Source: a virus (taxonomy: Duplodnaviria; Caudoviricetes). From it: 62,651 nt of DNA. The position numbers were made by a program, and so were the translations under genes. Positions within the stretch are counted from its first letter, which is position 1. Each line of letters opens with the position of its first letter. The stretch covers positions 1 through 62,651 of the IMG/VR virus record IMGVR_UViG_3300031999_000017. One strand, 5' to 3'. Shown here one piece after another: positions 40,801 to 48,780 of this stretch. The notes under the pieces are model-generated. The model saw only the letters and a list, made by a program, of their open reading frames with translations, did no database searches and was not told where the DNA came from.

Positions 40801-43800
40801 AAAAATCGCAGGCATAGAAGCTGAAAGAAAGGCGCTTCAAAAACAACTTGAAACGGTTTATTCTAACAAGAGCAAATATACTGGCGGCCCATCAAGCGGC
40901 ACATTGTTCTCATACAGAGAAACTCGTCCAGAGGATTTTGAAGATTACGTAGAAGGTGTTACCGACATGATAAATGAATCTCCAGAAAAAACTTTACAAC
41001 AAGTTCAAGCGGAGGTAGCAAATTATTTTGATGATCATACACCGGCATTTAAAAAGTTAATAGAGCAAGCTTACAATGAAGCTAAAAATAATGTTACTGG
41101 GCGAATAGTGAAAACTGAAGTTTTACAAAAGTTAAACAAGGGATTCTTAAAGATAGGCTCAACGATATTTGATAACGAGCAACAATTAATAGCTAAAGCA
41201 AGGCAACTTTCTGGATCAAGATTTAGCGCATTAGACCAAACCGGAAGAACGCCATTAGAATTTTCTAAAGATTTAGAAAAACAATATGGAGTAAAAGTTG
41301 ATTTTCTTGGAAGCTTGGAAGGCGGCGATTTGACTTTGTCAAGAATAGAAGTCCCAAAAGAACTTAGAGATAGCGGAATAGGCACTAAGGTTATGGAGGA
41401 TATTATTAACTATGCTGACAATAATGGCAAGAGAATAGTATTAACTCCATCAAAAGATTTTGGTGCTACATCAGTAGGTAGATTAAAAGATTTTTATAGC
41501 AGATTCGGATTTGTAGAAAATAAAGGAAAGAGCAAAGATTTTTCTACCAAAGAAGCTATGTATAGAAATCCGCAAACCCCCAAACAAACATTTGCAGAAA
41601 AATCACAGACAGCAGGATTTGAAACTAGAGATGGCAAGCCAATAGGATTTAATTACGATACAGACCAAGTAGCGAGGGAGCGCTTTGATTTTTCTAAATT
41701 GAAAAAAATAGGAGAAGGTAGCGATAGAATTGTATTTGATTTGGGTAACGGTAAAGTATTAAAGGTTGCTAAAACAGCAAGAGGACTTGAGCAAAACATT
41801 TATGAAGGAGATGGATATTTAGGTTTTATTCCAGATGTATATGAAAGAGGTTTGAATTATGTTGTAACAGATAACATACCAAGAATAAAAGGTACTGATT
41901 TAGTTCCAATACACGATATAGAAACTGGACAAGAAATAGGTACAGTTCCTGCCGCCGAAATGTTTAAAGATTTAAAGAAGTTTCATCAAGGAGATTTTGA
42001 TAGGCACAATTCAGAACTACAAACTATTCTTGAAAAATATGGCTTTGGAGATGTTAATGGATATGAATTACTTTATGGCGATTTCAATGCTGCAAGAAAC
42101 TGGGGATATAAAGATGGCAAACCATATCTTATAGATGCCGGAACTTTAGGCGGAGTTGAAATGCTTAAAAAATACCGCGGAGTGAAAAATTTATCTGATC
42201 CGGATTTCAGAAAAATATATTACGAAAGCAGACAATTAAAAAAACAGTATGTAGATGCTGATAAGTACACTAAGTTTCACTATGATGAAAATGGAGAAAT
42301 ACTTGGATTTACTCATGGCGGACACATCTATTTGAATGGACAAAAGATAACAGCTAAAACTACAATGGAAGAAGCTGGGCATATTTGGATTAACCACGCA
42401 AGAGAAACTAACTCTTCTTTATATAACGCCGGATTAAAAAAAGTATTAAACAGCCAGTATCTTAAAGATGTAAACGCAAGCGAATTTTATAGAAAAGAAG
42501 CCTTAAAGCAGGGTAAAGAAGGAAGCAAAGCGTATAACGATTACATGCAGGAAGAGGCTCTTGCTAAAGCTATATCTGACGAAGGTGCTAAGTTTGTTAC
42601 AGATGCACAAAGAATAAGCTTTAAAGACTGGGTAAGCAAAATGTGGGATAATGTAATGAAGGCATTTGGTATTAGAGATTTAACTCCAGACCAAGTGGCA
42701 AAACTTTCTTTAAAAGATTTTGCAAAAATGGCGGCAGCAGATGTATTTGCAGAAGGCAAGCCGGAAGCAAAAGCAGAGCCTGTTGTTCCAGAAGTAAAGC
42801 CAGCTCCTAAAGGACAAGAAAATGTAACCGTAACAACAACAGTCCAAAATCCAGAAGGCGAAAGAGTAACGAGAACAGAAACCATACCAACCAAAAATAC
42901 ATATTTATACGAAGGAACAGAAGAAAGACAAAGAGGCCTTTACACTCATTTGATGGAAGCTGATAGCGTTAGTCAAGAAACTAAAAATGCGCTAAAGAAA
43001 AATGGTATTACATATCAAGCAGCCAATAATGCACAAGCGGAATTGATGGCTGAAGATATATTAAAGACTTACAACACAAGAGATGCTTTACAAATAGCTA
43101 GAGGTTCTGATGTTCATGCTTCAGTAAGGTCTGCAATATTTGCTAAACTTATTGATGCCGCATACGTGAGAGAAATGAGAGCTAAGACACCGGAAGAAAA
43201 AATGAGGGCTGCGCAACAATGGAAAGATTTAGTTACAGAGTATGCAAACCAATTAACTGCTGGTGGTCAATTTACTGCTTATGCTGCTCATTTTTACAGA
43301 ACAAGTCCAATGGGATTTATAATGAAAGAAAATGCAGATAGAGAAGCAAGATTTAACGAGTGGTCTAAAGGAAAAGAAAAGACACTGGAAGAGTTGTGGA
43401 GCGAAATAAATGCTACTGCGGAAGGAAGGTCTTTGGTTAATTTAGAAGTAAAGAAAGCAAGAGAAGCAGAACGAGAAGCAGAACGAAAAGTTAGGGATAA
43501 AAAAATTGATGATTTCTTTGACAAGCTAAAAATAAATCCTAAAAATACTTATGGATTTATTATACCACTAGGCGTATTAAACCCGGTCATAGATACTATG
43601 AAGTTGGCTGTAAAAGCAGGCGACAGAGTTGCAGATGTAGTACAGCGAGCAATAGAACAAATATCAGATAAAGTAGGTAATAGCTGGGATAAAGAAGCAT
43701 TTAGAAAAGACTACGAAGAAATGTTAACTGGTGTAGTTGGTAAGGTTACAAAAGAATCTGATGAAGCAACGCAGTTAAGAAAAAGATTGGAAGGATTAGA

Positions 43801-46800
43801 AAAACAAATTGCAGACTTAAAAGAAAAGATAGGCAAGGGCGGAGAAGCCGGAAAGAAAAAAGAAATTAAATTTAGCGGCAACCCAGAAGTACAAAAGCTA
43901 ATAGAAGAAAGAGATCAGCTAAAAAAAGAAAATGAAGATTTATTAAAAAATGCTAAGGCAGGCAAGTATTCTGATGAAGCAAAAATAAAAGCCGCCAAAG
44001 AAGCTGTATTAAAATCCATTGAAGAAACAAAAAGAAAGATTATAGATAACGATTTGTCTATAAAGAAAAAAGAAGGCCCTACTGATGCAGAGCTTACCGC
44101 TCACAGAGAAGAACAAAAAAGATTGCGCAAAGAGTTAGAGGACATGAGAAAAGAAGCGCAAGAAGGCAAGTACGATCCAGTAGAAATGGCTAAGGCAGAA
44201 GCTAAAAGAAAACAGGCAAGGATAGACGAACTTAACAGAAGAATAAATGAAAATGATTTTAGTGCAGAGAAAGAAAAAATGCAGAAACAAAAAACTGCAT
44301 TAGATGATGAACTGGCGGAAACTAAAAGAAGATACGATGAAGCTAAAAAGCAATCGCCAGAATATAAAGAAAAAAAATCAAAACAATTTTTAGATAGATT
44401 AAGAAAAAGGCTTGAAGGATTAAGCGAGCGTCAAAGAAACGAAATAGTACAACGCAGCCTAAAGCAAATAACAGAAGCAGGCGGATTGAATTACGAAGAA
44501 TTTAGAAAGATAGTTGCCGAATCAATGGGCTATAAAGATTTAACTCCTGCTGAAGTTGCTGAAGTAGAAGCGCTTACTAAAACAATAAATTCGGTTGATG
44601 ATGCAGAAGATGCTTTAGTTGCTAATCCAACAGAAGCAAATTTAAAAGCACTTGATAAAGCAAGACAAGATGCTATGACAGCCGGATTGAAATTGTATAA
44701 CAAAACGCACAGGCAAGCAGACATTCCAAGAACATTTGGAAGCCTTATTACTGGATCTCTTTTAGGTACAGTTACACTTGGTAAAAACATAATACAAAAC
44801 GTAGTTATGCAGGCTACCATGAGAGTGCCAAAAGCATTAATTATACAACCATCTGAATCAGCATTAGTTTGGCTTGGAAATAGATTTTCTAATTCTAAAG
44901 CTTTTAATCCTTCTGCAAATATATTTACTGCTCAAAAAGGATATTTTAAAGGAGCGGGCAGAGGTATAAAAAGAGGCTGGTTTAATTTTTATAAAGGAAC
45001 ACAAGAAAGAGATTATTTTGGCAAAATTTCTTATCAATCTACATTAGCTCCACGCGTAGCAGTTAAAGATTTAAAATTGCATTTTAGTGGACAGAAACCA
45101 TTGACAAAAACAGAACTTACAGAAAGAATGATAAGAGCTACGCTTGGATGGCAGCCGGACTTTATTTTGAGAGCAATGGGTTTTGGCGATAGACCGTTTA
45201 GGTGGGCTGCCGAAGGCGCTGCTGCAATTCAAATTGCAAAACTTGAATTAAAACTTGCAGATGAAAATGAAATAAATGCTTTCATGTACGCTCCTAAAAA
45301 ATTTGCATATAAAACTTTAGTAGACCAAGGTATACCAAAAGATGAAGCTTTATTAAGGGCAGCTGAAATAGAAGATAGAATAATTAATGCAGGAAGCAAG
45401 GCGGTATTGGAAGAAGAAAATGTATTAAGCAGAATTTCTAAATATTTAGACCAAGGTCTTTCTACTAAAAAAGATGATTCTAAATTAAAACAAATTGCTT
45501 TTGGAGCAGCTTCAATACTCAAAACAGCTACTTTCCCATTTGTCAAAATACCTGCTAACGTATATTGGCAAATGTTTAAGGTAGCAAATCCAGAGGTTGC
45601 TTTATTGCAAGGTTTATATCATGGAGGAAAAGCTTTTATTGATGCTAAAGGTGGAGATAAAGCAGAAGCAAAAAAACAATATGAATATCTAAAGGATAAT
45701 TTAGCTACAGCAGTTTTAGGGTATGGCGTAATGATTGCGGTATCTAGCCTAGTTGCAAATGGGTATGTACGACCAGAAAATGATGATGAAACCAAAGCAA
45801 GAGAAAGAGAAGGAGAAAAGCCATACGAAAAAGGCAATCAGCTTAATTGGGGAAGAATGATGGGTGGTGAAGATTACTGGATAGACCTAAGTTGGTTTGG
45901 CCCAATTGGAACTACAATGGGAGTTCAAGCTAAAATTCAAGAACAAAACAGACGTAAACAATTAAAAGGAGAAACAGTAGACACAAGCTGGGCCGGAGAT
46001 TTTGAAGATAGATTTACCGTTGCTGAAATGGAATCATTAAATCAACTTGTCTACGATCAAGCCGGAAGAACAATAGGCGCTATAAAAGGTGGCGAAAACG
46101 GTTTAAAAGTTTGGGCAATAAATAGCATGAATACCGGAATGAACATAATTACTGGCGCTACTTATACTCAAATGAGTAAAGCAATGCTACCGGTAGTCCC
46201 AAGATTAAAAGCAGAGGGAGTTATGGAAGAATTTAAAAATAACCAGCAGCAAAGAAATGTTCTTTACAGAAGGTATAGCGGCATGCCGCCAACAAGAGTG
46301 TCTATATGGGGCGATCCAATTAAACAAGATACAAGTTTTTGGGGTGTAGTTAGTAACATGCTTGGCTTCCAAGAAACAGACGCACACCAGTTTGGTGCTA
46401 TTCTTTACTATGATGCACAAAGAACTGGAGACACAAGATTTTTCCCTACAGCAGTAACGGACAAGGTTACAGTAGACGGAGTAGAGATTAAATTAACTCA
46501 AGACCAAAAGGACGAGCTTGCTACATACATAGGACAGGCAAGAAAAATGTTAGTAGGATCATTTGTATATGATTGCGCTTTGCCTTACGAAGTACCAGTA
46601 AAAGGGCAGCCAGCTAAGAAATTGAAATATAATGACAAGGACATGACAGATGCCGACAAAATACATGCGCTTGAAAAGATTTATAATTATGGAAAAGAAA
46701 TAGGGTTTGCTCAATTTCAAAAAGCGCATAAAGAATTTGCTCCGGCAGAACTTACTCCTTCACAGCTTGGTGCTCAAATTAAAAGAGAAGTTTATGACGA

Positions 46801-46948
46801 GAAGTTTAAAATGGGCCTTGAAAAGGTAGTAAGAGCGAAAGGAAAAGAAATTCCATCGCCAACTAAGGAGGAAGAATTGCAGAAAGAAATAGACGAGCAG
46901 AACGAACAAATAAGAAAAATGAGGGATGAACAAGAAAATCCAGAATAA
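31868..46948 (+). CDS. Giant (5026 aa) polyvalent internal virion protein with ParB/Srx-like, GNAT, kinase and zincin-like domains
   Basis: VLSGHHRY; VPKELRDSGIG/FYSRFGF; GEGSDR/VLKVAK/GDF..RNWG/IDAG; EEAGH..EEALA. Confidence 0.85.
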   Translation: MTNEQPIQETEVIQTPTQTEAITEVLVDPIYKHKDGRIFTKNQLMTKMGLTEDRIKDGISKGMITQVGDTDDPTQQFKHKDGRIFSMKEFAAQGVTKDRVASGIEKGMIVPIEKKNQVATTKPPLETQKPEPPVSTTGAAAGASVSTTPPAEEKPVETPVATTPPPTPAVAPPPVEESKVDFSVAPAEKPAGIAQLQGPIEPVQSNIAVKNTDGQDQFAIITNPQAPLPSKEEAENYFNAPSKISDVNVFDNAAEYNKLKNAKTTKIVSSAGGGYETETPDEAAVKKANQIQQEGLDKKIDYDKVVKIGKQIDEYYTDPEENKKQKQDLSNLLLSGNKNQFDYYASQIAFNNELKKGLLGHFNTDETQRIIGNIVIPYQKLFETTTRTGPNGEQVIVAAQGDKIPGIQQVYNNLKNTLEIQNIENKEEILDNFRVIAARDIAFQAINHPEYVEADSLASTGLDENQIIGMRYVSSVVPEEIGKYRAALIPDEDIKDNWQAQTAKQQALKSLSQIGINIVSPLLNETLQDEIKNYNFNVNGLNKNYFYDQNPEDLKSFVTALNDQANSIDKLSKLSERLNTDYNNLNDDSKYGYANYYERQGLLQELTGQKHGFITQPLLKLGGAIYNTIATGIDIAKRPFLSDRDNEVNMATIMGKNIVLENELKVTQKNQMEKMPYAMTPEFEAAYNGIMNNKNLSDQDKENKVYDLIVDNPDGIQINPKGKESNLTLGSLWYGMTNLAADLAPYLAIEALTGGTATGGVAPSMLRKFSSSFIAAFTTGFHQSYLDAISRGSQNPYADAMRSATISSLAMATAGTPDIMRKIIGTKSVVGKMINKMTDKEILQVLRTEPKALSMFKKAYNFSGKVAEATWEGFKGGSKMVALTTAAQAINDEMYGDVRSLKEYVDGGKLEVLKFTLFGGITGGLTRGFTEKYGDLTKSVMFEAGANPKEFLEVLDLKIKNNEISKIDADQIRNNIELASKLYKSTYFGDSKGKPLDDASSRELLFLKMQEADIEKIITDRIPEELEKKLTNRLLNIKEKINDLRDGIEAPERKYRSIDVLTQGDIIAGDIIKNKEGIAGEVLQVNDNKTVVIKDIQTGEKFLWKPEDIAVKAPEPVAKTIPTFGPPTPRPTTPAPTTKQEEIVAPEPDSNIMVGDLIDKAGSYNGKKGVFYLDGQTVVFKEEGTSKEYDLGYINDIKDTPINQYGIQHEESVVSANEDGTFTIRGNTLRNGYSDPMQAINRDAEGNIMSVTLDMPNGTKRTFRGNVAEDLAYQIHLKEITKDNATAAEFEQFINEPEQQQQVNITAVPEATAEGTVAVNETVQRETLQPTVPATTEPIITGVEETELIRQAEPDARRMVDIEREFENRGYTIDTIEDNGIQIMDKDGEQVEGPEDLPKELRGLAAEYEALTAKLGDVSDVAREKALIEARKVTEVEAEVVEPETKQIERVTETRQIEVPKVNEVHVTRNTVNPIGVQGGNISSLHEDSRYIGTDLRQEYPELLKYNDGNLDTASAADLWKLAQLDHPNEYGFSVSRGAMQHEFETRGEQIFKELGFPTNPDALYKATYKGKIEKLSDILDHDNWWWSVADHADPVYDYNKELASKEAEIKQKETELSSITKKKDKDKANRLKWDIEDLQKEVELLKEGIAKGISRPMGDMPTSKQVELPKYTKTADKSKNPKSPNEVKWLPQFENRYGTTEVETRSFDNIQVTIEGSEDSGYKISANVLNEHGRVVIRHRYVSKKKYKTIEEAKSDTVRYVNEIIEKSEREDRQDIEMEQLQDRLPKGYTFERDYDYDKDEYEYELSKDGEIIFTVETPKEAENKINNKEYDAKQFGEIKLGEAKEIKEKTTETQRVFTAAELKENPDVLKENPEWYTVGYPNSFVGMSTNLAGLQGEGFNDPKVGDVVTFSGKEYVVRDIETGKKDPYKTSVSLLRVDKEGNILRQKDLSQKEQKEIASTEEEPTEIEAGDEIEFKTAQQNTTKGIKVEIPGLEGLDTILVQDGMTYEVYELTTGMKLADTENAMSPAEAVKTIANNIPSGMAEKILNKIYQSEEVNRYKIAGEKPGIAIMNESPAYKAFREQKIAEEENRPFLLDEKTRNEFLNLAEQAKSEGLDIAEKSLITLANTRQGAIAETPYTIERAKELLENYRKKKDLEERRLQNIPYPEKDIEKREITEDALIRAMQQGYKRDRWNKLPEEIKKAALEAWRKEAAIYNKYGYYPSTFTGGETFFGTTLTLGRYIGATLSKDASKREGKIKEDLRIMQENFKRIDEIYKQEGFDVLKAPEGQTAKPLTITEPEIPVEAQNAFNRIKNRQKKAAAPIETEEAIKVNDEEKILTLKEKNKITTTINELEFADDNGNTRHSELVNTIKLLKNQNEINKLQKRENFTTTELITHLYSDLIAIPKENRTKEHNNFIKKVNEIVSSEQAKTEVVNFAPFDAAGDLAENIKKLSSTELPQQKTIEQLRADEQAEYDAMPDPNDKVERKRIYDKYDELITPLLKETPITETTSPAVEQSQADYFKDLIKEEKQQNKELRKKFNEPDTLEVGDVVVDNANGRGGYENRVIRNVIKNENGSYRIVWQKTDNYKKGDAGIYETVMTKMTIGSERTGFNTLWSMSDAKAHNESLPEIPKEKRIGYIKEPYLAKIKAESKQAVLSSDVRTTPAKSLSLDEQRFQNRNDVTGKTLLVSDMISNREKNPESFDRVETIANNWKSAEQDPIHVWTDPKDGKTYVLSGHHRYAAALKAGIKDVKTIDRTKDFTEAQAIKFAREEANTNRAMETPLERAKALRIKRERGDSKEEINKFLSAEGKNASYINNLSSLSPNGKTMKMVEQFGSSPDKQTQKESEQRADWIGEARRTIAGLTDAHENEMFDFLFDKNKSKRVTTKADFLQKVRASVKPLTPEEPLNISRFEYKTQGESVYEEEVNSIKDQLAERQNKINEINGRFNNPNAKDYISTESANYAEARKVADAKIAGIEAERKALQKQLETVYSNKSKYTGGPSSGTLFSYRETRPEDFEDYVEGVTDMINESPEKTLQQVQAEVANYFDDHTPAFKKLIEQAYNEAKNNVTGRIVKTEVLQKLNKGFLKIGSTIFDNEQQLIAKARQLSGSRFSALDQTGRTPLEFSKDLEKQYGVKVDFLGSLEGGDLTLSRIEVPKELRDSGIGTKVMEDIINYADNNGKRIVLTPSKDFGATSVGRLKDFYSRFGFVENKGKSKDFSTKEAMYRNPQTPKQTFAEKSQTAGFETRDGKPIGFNYDTDQVARERFDFSKLKKIGEGSDRIVFDLGNGKVLKVAKTARGLEQNIYEGDGYLGFIPDVYERGLNYVVTDNIPRIKGTDLVPIHDIETGQEIGTVPAAEMFKDLKKFHQGDFDRHNSELQTILEKYGFGDVNGYELLYGDFNAARNWGYKDGKPYLIDAGTLGGVEMLKKYRGVKNLSDPDFRKIYYESRQLKKQYVDADKYTKFHYDENGEILGFTHGGHIYLNGQKITAKTTMEEAGHIWINHARETNSSLYNAGLKKVLNSQYLKDVNASEFYRKEALKQGKEGSKAYNDYMQEEALAKAISDEGAKFVTDAQRISFKDWVSKMWDNVMKAFGIRDLTPDQVAKLSLKDFAKMAAADVFAEGKPEAKAEPVVPEVKPAPKGQENVTVTTTVQNPEGERVTRTETIPTKNTYLYEGTEERQRGLYTHLMEADSVSQETKNALKKNGITYQAANNAQAELMAEDILKTYNTRDALQIARGSDVHASVRSAIFAKLIDAAYVREMRAKTPEEKMRAAQQWKDLVTEYANQLTAGGQFTAYAAHFYRTSPMGFIMKENADREARFNEWSKGKEKTLEELWSEINATAEGRSLVNLEVKKAREAEREAERKVRDKKIDDFFDKLKINPKNTYGFIIPLGVLNPVIDTMKLAVKAGDRVADVVQRAIEQISDKVGNSWDKEAFRKDYEEMLTGVVGKVTKESDEATQLRKRLEGLEKQIADLKEKIGKGGEAGKKKEIKFSGNPEVQKLIEERDQLKKENEDLLKNAKAGKYSDEAKIKAAKEAVLKSIEETKRKIIDNDLSIKKKEGPTDAELTAHREEQKRLRKELEDMRKEAQEGKYDPVEMAKAEAKRKQARIDELNRRINENDFSAEKEKMQKQKTALDDELAETKRRYDEAKKQSPEYKEKKSKQFLDRLRKRLEGLSERQRNEIVQRSLKQITEAGGLNYEEFRKIVAESMGYKDLTPAEVAEVEALTKTINSVDDAEDALVANPTEANLKALDKARQDAMTAGLKLYNKTHRQADIPRTFGSLITGSLLGTVTLGKNIIQNVVMQATMRVPKALIIQPSESALVWLGNRFSNSKAFNPSANIFTAQKGYFKGAGRGIKRGWFNFYKGTQERDYFGKISYQSTLAPRVAVKDLKLHFSGQKPLTKTELTERMIRATLGWQPDFILRAMGFGDRPFRWAAEGAAAIQIAKLELKLADENEINAFMYAPKKFAYKTLVDQGIPKDEALLRAAEIEDRIINAGSKAVLEEENVLSRISKYLDQGLSTKKDDSKLKQIAFGAASILKTATFPFVKIPANVYWQMFKVANPEVALLQGLYHGGKAFIDAKGGDKAEAKKQYEYLKDNLATAVLGYGVMIAVSSLVANGYVRPENDDETKAREREGEKPYEKGNQLNWGRMMGGEDYWIDLSWFGPIGTTMGVQAKIQEQNRRKQLKGETVDTSWAGDFEDRFTVAEMESLNQLVYDQAGRTIGAIKGGENGLKVWAINSMNTGMNIITGATYTQMSKAMLPVVPRLKAEGVMEEFKNNQQQRNVLYRRYSGMPPTRVSIWGDPIKQDTSFWGVVSNMLGFQETDAHQFGAILYYDAQRTGDTRFFPTAVTDKVTVDGVEIKLTQDQKDELATYIGQARKMLVGSFVYDCALPYEVPVKGQPAKKLKYNDKDMTDADKIHALEKIYNYGKEIGFAQFQKAHKEFAPAELTPSQLGAQIKREVYDEKFKMGLEKVVRAKGKEIPSPTKEEELQKEIDEQNEQIRKMRDEQENPE

Positions 46949-46952
46949 TAAT

Positions 46953-46960
46953 TATATTTG
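46953..46960 (+). promoter_or_regulatory. -7 element TATATTTG for the tail fibre operon
   Basis: Exact TAnnTTTG 16 nt upstream of the ATG. Confidence 0.6.
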
Positions 46961-46976
46961 CTAAACATCTAACAAC

Positions 46977-47519
46977 ATGCCATTTTCACAAAATTTTTCA
47001 GTAGCGCAAACACCTGCAAATCCTGCATATGTAATCATTACAGATACAAGTACACCTCCAAATGATTATGCAACATACAATATAGATTCCAGAAGGATTT
47101 ATATCAAAGATAATTTTGGAAACTTTATAGTGCCAGCGGGAACTACAACTAATTATATTAATTGGCCATTACTTGACAATCCAATATCATTAAATATTTT
47201 AACTCAAGACCTTGCAGTAAACATAGAAGTTGAATGGAGAGATTCTACTGCTCTGCCAATTAATCAAGTTCTTTATAGTTTAGATAATAATTATTGTTTT
47301 TCTGAATACAACAAGCAATTTTTATATTACTTGATTCAACTTCAAGCACACAATTACAACATTATTCAAGACAATAATTATTGGGGTAATGTAGGAATAT
47401 TTTGGGCAAATATTATTGGAGCAATCAATGCAGTTGAAATAGGGGATGATATTGCCGCATCACAAGCGTGTTTGAATAGAGCAACATTTATGGCACAAAA
47501 CCAAGCTAATTTCTTTTAA
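46977..47519 (+). CDS. Putative tail hub / structural protein
   Basis: First gene of the fibre cluster. Confidence 0.6.
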   Translation: MPFSQNFSVAQTPANPAYVIITDTSTPPNDYATYNIDSRRIYIKDNFGNFIVPAGTTTNYINWPLLDNPISLNILTQDLAVNIEVEWRDSTALPINQVLYSLDNNYCFSEYNKQFLYYLIQLQAHNYNIIQDNNYWGNVGIFWANIIGAINAVEIGDDIAASQACLNRATFMAQNQANFF

Positions 47520-47521
47520 TT

Positions 47522-48061
47522 ATGGCGCAATTAAGCATAAATGAAATAATTGAATTAGGGGACATTAGTGTTCCTCTTTCAGCTAATTACCAAGCAAAAG
47601 GGAATTTGTTTGGTAAGAGATTAGCATTTACTGCACCGCAAACAATTGCATTAGTTACAGATGCTTTAAGATGGCAATGGGCATCGTTCCCAGATATTTC
47701 AGAGATAGCAGCAACATCTACAATAACAATAGATACTATTGGAGATACAGGTCAAACTATAACAGTAACAGTTAATGATCCATTACAAGGTACGGTTACG
47801 CTAGGCAGTTATACTTTAACGGATAGCGATACTACTCCAGATATTATTGCTACTAACTTAGCTGCATCATTGGGGTTAAATACAAATCATTTTAGTATAT
47901 CTGTAGCAACCAATTTAATAACATTAACCGCTCCCGCTGGAGATGGCGCACTTATAAATGGCATATCACCAATTTGCACAATTACTCAAGTAGGGTTTTT
48001 GTCAACACAATTAAATGATAGAATTATCACACAAAACAACTTAAACATTATAACACAATAG
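47522..48061 (+). CDS. Putative tail adaptor protein
   Basis: Thr-rich beta domain; C-terminal LSTQ...IITQ....IITQ repeat. Confidence 0.6.
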   Translation: MAQLSINEIIELGDISVPLSANYQAKGNLFGKRLAFTAPQTIALVTDALRWQWASFPDISEIAATSTITIDTIGDTGQTITVTVNDPLQGTVTLGSYTLTDSDTTPDIIATNLAASLGLNTNHFSISVATNLITLTAPAGDGALINGISPICTITQVGFLSTQLNDRIITQNNLNIITQ

Positions 48062-48063
48062 TT

Positions 48064-48771
48064 ATGGCAAATATTCAAATAAATCAATTACCAGCAGCTA
48101 CATTACCATTAAGCGGTACTGAATTATTACCAGCAGACCAAGGCGCTGCAACAGTTCAAATAGCCGTTACCGATATAGTTAGTTTAGTAAACTCTAATGC
48201 TGTATTAAATACATTAGGAACACCACAAGTAATATCTGATATTTTAGCCAACAGACCGGGTAGCACAATGATTGGAACTATATTTGTATCAACAGATAGT
48301 CCTTATACAATTTATCAATATAATGGCGCAGCTTGGAATACTCTTGCTGGTACTTTGCAATCTATAAGTAGTAGCACACTTGATGTTGATCTTGCTGCTC
48401 CACAAGCCCCTGTAATAAACTTGCCATATACAAGATATTTAGCAACAGTAAGTCAATCGGGAGCTTCAGATCCTACACTTAATGTATTAGAAAACACAAC
48501 ACCATTTGTATTTACATTTACAAGGGGATCACAAGGCTTTTACGGTTCAAATACAATAACTCAAGATATTACAAAAATTGCAGTTAGGTGTACTCCGGGA
48601 GGAACGTGTCCAGTTGGAATATGTATATTTGTTGATATAGTAACAAGCGGCCCAACTTTATCATTAACATTAGCAAGTTTTGCTAATTATGTATCTGGCC
48701 CAATATCTTCATATGGTGCATATGATGGACTTTTGATAAATGCTCTGTTAGAAATTTTAATTTATCCATAA
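48064..48771 (+). CDS. Short tail fibre / spike
   Basis: N-terminal IQINQLPAA..LSGTE....Q..T fibre anchor motif. Confidence 0.65.
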   Translation: MANIQINQLPAATLPLSGTELLPADQGAATVQIAVTDIVSLVNSNAVLNTLGTPQVISDILANRPGSTMIGTIFVSTDSPYTIYQYNGAAWNTLAGTLQSISSSTLDVDLAAPQAPVINLPYTRYLATVSQSGASDPTLNVLENTTPFVFTFTRGSQGFYGSNTITQDITKIAVRCTPGGTCPVGICIFVDIVTSGPTLSLTLASFANYVSGPISSYGAYDGLLINALLEILIYP

Positions 48772-48780
48772 TAAATAAAA

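Noticed and set aside
32015-46420. Many antisense ORFs inside the giant gene
   Set aside because: Shadow frames of an A-rich coding strand with no motifs or promoters
31868-46948. Virion RNA polymerase as in crAss-like phages
   Set aside because: No DxDxD catalytic motif seen; the recognisable motifs belong to other enzyme families
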